Source: Methylorubrum extorquens (GTDB taxonomy: Bacteria; Pseudomonadota; Alphaproteobacteria; Rhizobiales; Beijerinckiaceae). Taken from it: a stretch of DNA of 32,000 nt. Of the stretch, positions 27,251 to 32,000 are shown one piece after another. The notes under the pieces were generated by a model. That model was not told the DNA's origin and searched no databases. It saw nothing but the letters and a program-made list of their open reading frames with translations. Made by a program: the position numbers and the translations under genes. Position 1 is the stretch's first letter. Every line of letters begins with the position of its first letter. The DNA lies in contig LT962688.1 of the NCBI GenBank assembly GCA_900234795.1, positions 5,190,001-5,222,000 on the forward strand, written 5' to 3'.

Positions 27251-28437
27251 GGTGAGCGCTCCGGGCGCCGGGCCGCTTCTGCGCAGCCGGGTGCCGACGC
27301 TGTGGAGGGCGCGTCCGAGACCCGCGCGCAGGGGGCGGCTCGATCCGCTGCGACACCAGCAGGGATGCGGCGACGGCCGTCAGAATGCCGCCCGTCAGGC
27401 TCGCTGCCGGCGGGAGCCCGTAGACGGCCAGGTACCGCATCGCCAGGGCGCCGACGAAGGTGTGCAGCAGGTAGAGCGGGTAGGTTGCAAGACCGAGATC
27501 ACGGAAGCGCCGCCCGAGGCCGGGAAAGGCGTCGGTCAACGCCGTGTTCGCGCGGATCGACAGGCAGAACAGGGCCATGAAGACGGCGTAGAGGAACCAG
27601 GCCATCGCCGGGCTCCGGTCGAGGCCGAGCAGGACGCCGACGAAGCCGGCATCGTAGCGGATCTGCAGGAAGCCCCCCCGTCAGGCAGATGGCGAGGCCG
27701 GCGAGGCGCAGCACCGTCAGACCGTTCCGCACCGCGCTCCACAGCAGCACGCCGATGGCGAAGTGGCAGCCATGGGTGAGCAGGCCGAGCTTGGCGATCC
27801 GCGTGCTGATGATCCGGTCGAGGTCGGGCCAGAACGGCGTCGCCGCGAGGCACCACGCGAGCGCGCTGATGACGCCCACCGCCAGGATCACCGGCTCCAG
27901 CCGCTCGAACCGGTTCAGAAATAGCAGGGCATAGACCAGACCGTAGAACATGATCTCGATCCCGAGCGTCCAGTAGACGCCGTCGATCCAGCGGGGGACC
28001 GGGAACAGGACGAGGGTGCGGGCGTAGCGCTCGAACAGGACTCGGGTGGTCTCCGGGTCGAAGAGCAGCGCGAGCCCGAAGGAGACGGTGGCGCAGAACC
28101 AGATGCCGGGCACGAGGCGCAGGATCCGCCCGGTGAGAAAGCGCGACGCGCTCGCCTGTGAGGCGGAATAGGCGATGACGTAGCCCGAGATCACGAAGAA
28201 CATCGGCACGCCGACCCAGCCCTGTGAACTGACGGGCAGCAGGGTCGGAAACGGGATCGACTGCCCGACGAGGGTGGCGGCCTCGCTCGACGGGACCATC
28301 CAGGCGGTGCAGGCGAGGTGATACAGCACGACGAGGCAGGCCGCGCCGAAGCGCAGCAGGTCGAGGCCGATCAGGGGGCGGGATGCGTGCGGGCGCGGCG
28401 CGGCCGAGGTCTCGCTGGCGGTCGGGACGATTGACAT
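27245..28437 (-). pseudogene. acyltransferase family 3 (OafA/YrhL-like) membrane protein, disrupted by homopolymer frameshift(s)
   Basis: Frame A: MSIVPT..LIGLDLLRFGAACLVVLYHL..GVPMFFVISGYVI..YWTLGIEIMFY.. runs to ..LAICLTGG. The sequence continues in another frame as FLQIRYDAGFVGVLLGLDRSPAMAWFLYAV..LGLATYPLYLLHTFVG..LLVSQRIEPP, with the switch at the C7 run 27673-27679 (G7 on the coding strand). A second shift at the G5 run 27331-27335 would give the tail LRAGLGRALHSVGTRLRRSGPAPGALTR and a stop at 27245-27247. Confidence 0.75.
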
Positions 28438-28820
28438 GCCTGTGGTCCTGGTGCCGGGACGATGCCGTCTGTCGGACAATCATCCGGCAACGCGATGCTC
28501 GTCTGTTGTGTCTTCGGGCAAACACGCGCGCGGGACAACGGCATGAAAATACTGATGCCGCCCCTTTCTTCGTGACATTTTCCAATTGGGCTAAGAAACC
28601 CGAAATCCAGTCTCACGGATCTGTGAGGCTCGACCTGGTGTCTGGCACCGGGCGAAATCCGTTCCGCTTCGCATCGATTGACGTTCCGTGAGATGCCGGC
28701 CGGGGTCGCCGACCGTCTGCAACGTTCCTCGAAGCCGGCTTCGGCGTTTCGGAGGGTGGATCGGACGGCATGCCTGATCCGGCGCCATTCCGGGCGCGCT
28801 CGAAACGAACGGGAGACTTC

Positions 28821-29438
28821 ATGGCACCGCGCGAACCCCTGCTCATCTCCGTGCCGATCGCGGAACTGCGCCCGACGCAGATCACGGTGGGCTACCGTGA
28901 GGTTGAGGAGAAGCGCCGCCGCTGGCGGGCGCACGACCCCGAGAAGAAGGCGGAGTTCCTCGGCTCGCACATGATCCCGGTTCTGCTGGGCCCCAAGAAG
29001 AAGCACTACGTGATCGACCACCACCACCTCGCCCGCGCCCTGCAGGAAGAGGGCGAGGAGAACGTGCTGGTGACCGTGGTCGCCGACCTGCACAAGCTCG
29101 ACAAGGACGCCTTCTGGACGGTGGCCGACCACAAGGCCTGGACCCATCCCTACGACGCCGCCGGTCTGCGGGTCGGCTTCGACGACATCCCGAAGGTGAT
29201 CGCAGATCTTGCCGACGACCCGTTCCGCAGCCTTGCGGGCGAGCTGCGCCGGGCCGGCGGGTTTGCCAAGGACACGACGCCGTTCAGCGAGTTCCTGTGG
29301 GCCGACTACCTCCGGCGCAACCTGAAGCGAAAGCTGATCGAGAAGGATTTCACCCAGGCGCTCGAGCAGGCGCTGCGCCTCGCGAAGGGGCCGGATGCCG
29401 GCTACCTGCCCGGCTGGTGCGGCCCCCTCGACGGCTGA
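28821..29438 (+). CDS. ParB-like nuclease domain protein (ParB/Srx fold, ParBc_2-like), stand-alone
   Basis: ..ISVPIAELRPTQITVGYREVEEKRRRW....HMIPVLLGPKKKHYVIDHHHLARAL fits the stand-alone ParB-like nuclease family as I remember it. GGGAGA lies 4 nt upstream of the ATG at 28821. Confidence 0.65.
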   Translation: MAPREPLLISVPIAELRPTQITVGYREVEEKRRRWRAHDPEKKAEFLGSHMIPVLLGPKKKHYVIDHHHLARALQEEGEENVLVTVVADLHKLDKDAFWTVADHKAWTHPYDAAGLRVGFDDIPKVIADLADDPFRSLAGELRRAGGFAKDTTPFSEFLWADYLRRNLKRKLIEKDFTQALEQALRLAKGPDAGYLPGWCGPLDG

Positions 29439-29926
29439 GCCGAGACCCGAGCAACGAGCGCGGCCGCCGCGGCGAAGAGGCCGAGACCGGCGGCGATCAG
29501 CGCGTTCCAGCCGGCGAGTGAGAGCCCGAGGAAGCGCCACGCGGCGGCCGTGCAATCCACCGGCCGCACGCTCTCGAGGTTCTTCAGGAAGTCGGTCACG
29601 TCCGCCGGTCCGGCGCCGGACCCGCCGCCGCAATCATTGGGGCCTGGCCAGAACCCCCATTCCGCGCCCGCGTGGTACACGCCGAGACCGGCGCCGTAGA
29701 TCAGCACCAGGGCAACGAGGCCGAGGAGGAAGCGCGCCGGCCGCGGCGGGAGCCCGGCGGCGATCAGTGCCAGCGGCGCGGCGAGGTAGTAGGGCACCCG
29801 CTCCGTCAGGCAGAGCTTGCACGGCACGTAACCGAGGCCGTGCTCGAACACGAGGGCGCCGCCGACGGTGAGCGCGGCGCCAAGCGCCACGGCGAGCGCG
29901 GCGGCGCGCAGGGTGAACCGGCTCAC
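29402..29926 (-). CDS. disulfide bond formation protein B family
   Basis: VSRFTLRAAALAVALGAALTVGGALVFEHGLGYVPCKLCLTERVPYY (first Cys pair C-x-x-C at a TM end) ... PNDCGG ... VDCTAAAW (second Cys pair), with four hydrophobic segments. The GTG start overlaps the upstream stop (GTGA). About 174 aa. Confidence 0.7.
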   Translation of the reverse strand: MSRFTLRAAALAVALGAALTVGGALVFEHGLGYVPCKLCLTERVPYYLAAPLALIAAGLPPRPARFLLGLVALVLIYGAGLGVYHAGAEWGFWPGPNDCGGGSGAGPADVTDFLKNLESVRPVDCTAAAWRFLGLSLAGWNALIAAGLGLFAAAAALVARVSAQPSRGPHQPGR

Positions 29927-30504
29927 AGCATCACCTTGAAGGCGACGAAGCCCAGGATCACCACGGCCGCGAACAGCCCCGCCACCACGTTGAGGTGCCG
30001 GTCGAGCACCGCGCGGATGCCGATGCCGTAGCGCCCGAGCAGCCATGCCAGCAGGAAGAAGCGCGCCCCGCGGGTGATGACCGAGAGCAGCATGAACCAG
30101 AACAGCGAGTAATGGGCGAAGCCCGAGGTGATGGTGACAAGCTTGTAGGGGATCGGGGTCAGGCCCTTCAGCAGGATCACCCAGTGCCCGTAGGTGGCGT
30201 AGGAGGCCTGGAAGGTCTCGGCCTTGTCGGCGAGCCCGTAGAGATTGAACAGCCACACCCCGACCGAATCGAACAGCAGCGCGCCGATGGCGTAGCCGAG
30301 CAGCCCCCCGAGCACCGAGGCGACAGTGGCGATGGTGGCGTAGAGCCAGACCCGGTCCGGCCGGCTCACCGCCATCGGCACCATCATCGCGTCCGGCGGT
30401 ACCGGAAAGAACGAACTCTCGGCGAAGGCCACCGCTCCGAGCGCCCAGGGCGCGGACGGCTTGGCGGCGAGCGCGAGTATCCACTCGTAGAGCCGGCGGA
30501 TCAT
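29923..30504 (-). CDS. YqaA/DedA-family membrane protein
   Basis: MIRRLYEWILALAAKPSAPWALGAVAFAESSFFPVPPDAMMVPMAVSRPDRVWLYATIATVASVLGGLLGYAIG is a typical YqaA N-terminus. 193 aa. The track ORF 29923..31800 is an upstream read-through. Confidence 0.8.
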   Translation of the reverse strand: MIRRLYEWILALAAKPSAPWALGAVAFAESSFFPVPPDAMMVPMAVSRPDRVWLYATIATVASVLGGLLGYAIGALLFDSVGVWLFNLYGLADKAETFQASYATYGHWVILLKGLTPIPYKLVTITSGFAHYSLFWFMLLSVITRGARFFLLAWLLGRYGIGIRAVLDRHLNVVAGLFAAVVILGFVAFKVML

Positions 30505-30714
30505 GGGGCCTCGTTGGGGTGCGGGAAGCGGTGCCCTTTCAGCACAGATGCGCCACGGAGGCGAGGGCGGAGGCGCTTGACCGCAGGCAACCGCACCGCG
30601 AGCGATGTCGTGAGCGCTTAGGGCGGGTTCGCGCTGGGCCTCCGTCCGCGGCCGCCCATATCTCCGAGGCCGGGGCGGCGAGCGCTGCGGATCGATGGGA
30701 AACGGGTTCTGCCG

Positions 30715-31941
30715 ATGTCGCGCCGCGTTTTGATCACAGGGGCCAGCGTGGCCGGCAACGCCGCCGCGTTCTGGCTTGGACGTGCGGGCTTCGACGTCAC
30801 CGTCGTCGAGCGCGCGGCCGAATTCCGCGGCGGCGGCCAGAACGTCGATGTGCGCGGTGTCGGGCGCGAGGTGATGCGGCGGATGGGCCTGGAGCGGGCG
30901 GCTCTGGAATGCGGCACCGGCGAGGAGGGGACCGCTTGGATCGACGGACGGGGGCAGGTCGTCGCCCGCTTCGCCACGGCAGACATCGACGGGGACGGCC
31001 CCACCGCCGAGATGGAGGTCTTGCGCGGCGATCTGGCCCACCTGCTCTACGAGGCGGCCCGCCCGCACGCCGCTTTTCGCTTCGGCGACCGCGTGAAGCG
31101 CATCGAGCAAGACGCGGAGGGCGCCACGGTCGGCTTTGCCGGTGGACGGACCGAGCGCTACGACGCCGTGATCGTCGCCGAGGGCGTCGGATCCTCGACC
31201 CGCGAAAGCGTCTTCCCCGGGGAGAACGATCCGCGCTGGATGGACCTGACGATCGCCTATCTCACGATACCCAGAACCGCGGACGACGACCGGATGTGGC
31301 GCTGGTACAATGCCACGGAGGGCCGGGGCGTATCTCTGCGCCCGGATCGCCACGGCACGACGCGGGCGATGCTGATGATCCAGCAACCGCCGGGCGACGA
31401 GCAGGACTGGGCGCCCGACCGGCAGAAGGCCTTCCTGCGCACGCGGTTCGCGGATGCCGGCTGGGAGGCACCGCGCGTGCTCGCCGCTCTGGACGAAACC
31501 GACGATTTCTACTTCGACGTTCTGCGACAGGTGCGAATGAAAACCTGGTCGAAGGGACGTGTCGTCCTGACGGGCGATGCCGCGTGGTGCGTCACGCCGC
31601 TGGCCGGCATCGGCACCACTCTGGCGCTCACCGGGCCCTACGTTTTGGCCGGCGAGATGGCCCGCAATGGCGATGTCGTCGGCGCCTTCGCAGCCTATGA
31701 GCGGGCCATGCGCCCGATGGTGAGCAAGGCCCAGGGTGTCCCGAAGATCGCGCCGCGGTTGATGAACCCGCACAGCCGCCTCGGTATCCGCCTTCTGCAC
31801 ACCGCCCTGCAGGTCGCGAGCAATCCGAGCCTGCGTAACCTTGCCGCCCGGGCGTTCGCCCGGGCGCCCGTGGAGCCGGATCTGTCACCCTACCGGGCGA
31901 TGGAGACCGGCCGCCTCGAATCTCCGAGCCTGTCGCTTTGA
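30715..31941 (+). CDS. FAD-dependent monooxygenase / oxidoreductase
   Basis: N-terminal dinucleotide fold RVLITGASVAGNAAAFWLGRAGFDVTVVER. Later GRVVLTGDAAWCVTPLAGIGTTLAL (the GD motif of flavin aromatic-hydroxylase-type enzymes). Confidence 0.8.
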   Translation: MSRRVLITGASVAGNAAAFWLGRAGFDVTVVERAAEFRGGGQNVDVRGVGREVMRRMGLERAALECGTGEEGTAWIDGRGQVVARFATADIDGDGPTAEMEVLRGDLAHLLYEAARPHAAFRFGDRVKRIEQDAEGATVGFAGGRTERYDAVIVAEGVGSSTRESVFPGENDPRWMDLTIAYLTIPRTADDDRMWRWYNATEGRGVSLRPDRHGTTRAMLMIQQPPGDEQDWAPDRQKAFLRTRFADAGWEAPRVLAALDETDDFYFDVLRQVRMKTWSKGRVVLTGDAAWCVTPLAGIGTTLALTGPYVLAGEMARNGDVVGAFAAYERAMRPMVSKAQGVPKIAPRLMNPHSRLGIRLLHTALQVASNPSLRNLAARAFARAPVEPDLSPYRAMETGRLESPSLSL

Positions 31942-32000
31942 GTTACGCCGACGGGGCCTCGGCCCCTCACGCCGAGGCGCCGGGCGCATGCAGCGCCCCG

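Noticed and set aside
28730-28743. Perfect 14-bp palindrome cgaagccggcttcg in the acyltransferase/ParB-like intergenic region
   Set aside because: One or two such palindromes are expected by chance in 32 kb of G+C-rich DNA, and there is no supporting context.
30519-31700. 393-aa plus-strand ORF out of frame with the FAD monooxygenase, and the 625-aa minus-strand ORF 29923..31800
   Set aside because: Only the last 193 codons of the minus ORF (YqaA) and the 30715..31941 frame (FAD fold, GD motif) show real protein features. The rest is Arg-rich read-through.

Overview
High-G+C alphaproteobacterial chromosome segment, Rhizobiales-like. Methylobacteriaceae is only a guess from composition and gene content. 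A tRNA-Ser(GGA) gene at 17363-17452 (minus strand) splits the window into two parts.

LEFT (1-17.36 kb): visibly less G+C-rich by eye, and it looks like an old, decaying integrated island.
- Mobility debris: a tyrosine-integrase tail fused to an IS3-like fragment, one apparently intact IS481-family element plus a solo copy of its left end, and an ISL3 transposase tail.
- Accessory cargo: a secreted L,D-transpeptidase, a Tat/lipobox patatin-like phospholipase, a small secreted protein, a domain-only AraC regulator, and a translationally coupled DUF2955-like / TAXI-like membrane pair.
- A tight ArsR - SRPBCC - DUF3311::SSS symporter - PNPOx-like cluster in which two of the four genes are broken.
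- An overlapping DUF3489 - DUF2924 - large serine recombinase module, directly next to the tRNA 3' end.

RIGHT (17.4-32 kb): conserved housekeeping.
- A hemD - Mic60/mitofilin-like - hemY operon. The Mic60-like protein carries an unusual repeat-rich N-terminal extension of about 310 aa.
- tsaD and gpsA, separated by an inserted cytoplasmic PAS-PAS chemoreceptor plus an AT-rich spacer.
- An EVE-domain gene, an acyltransferase-3 gene broken at homopolymer tracts, a ParB-like nuclease-domain gene, a coupled yqaA/dedA-dsbB pair, and an FAD monooxygenase.

No rRNA, CRISPR array or obvious known defence system was seen.

Best novelty candidates: the recombinase trio, the DUF2955/TAXI-like pair, the extended Mic60-like protein, the homopolymer-disrupted acyltransferase, and a 17-bp perfect inverted-repeat element.

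All family calls come from motif recognition by eye. No searches were run.
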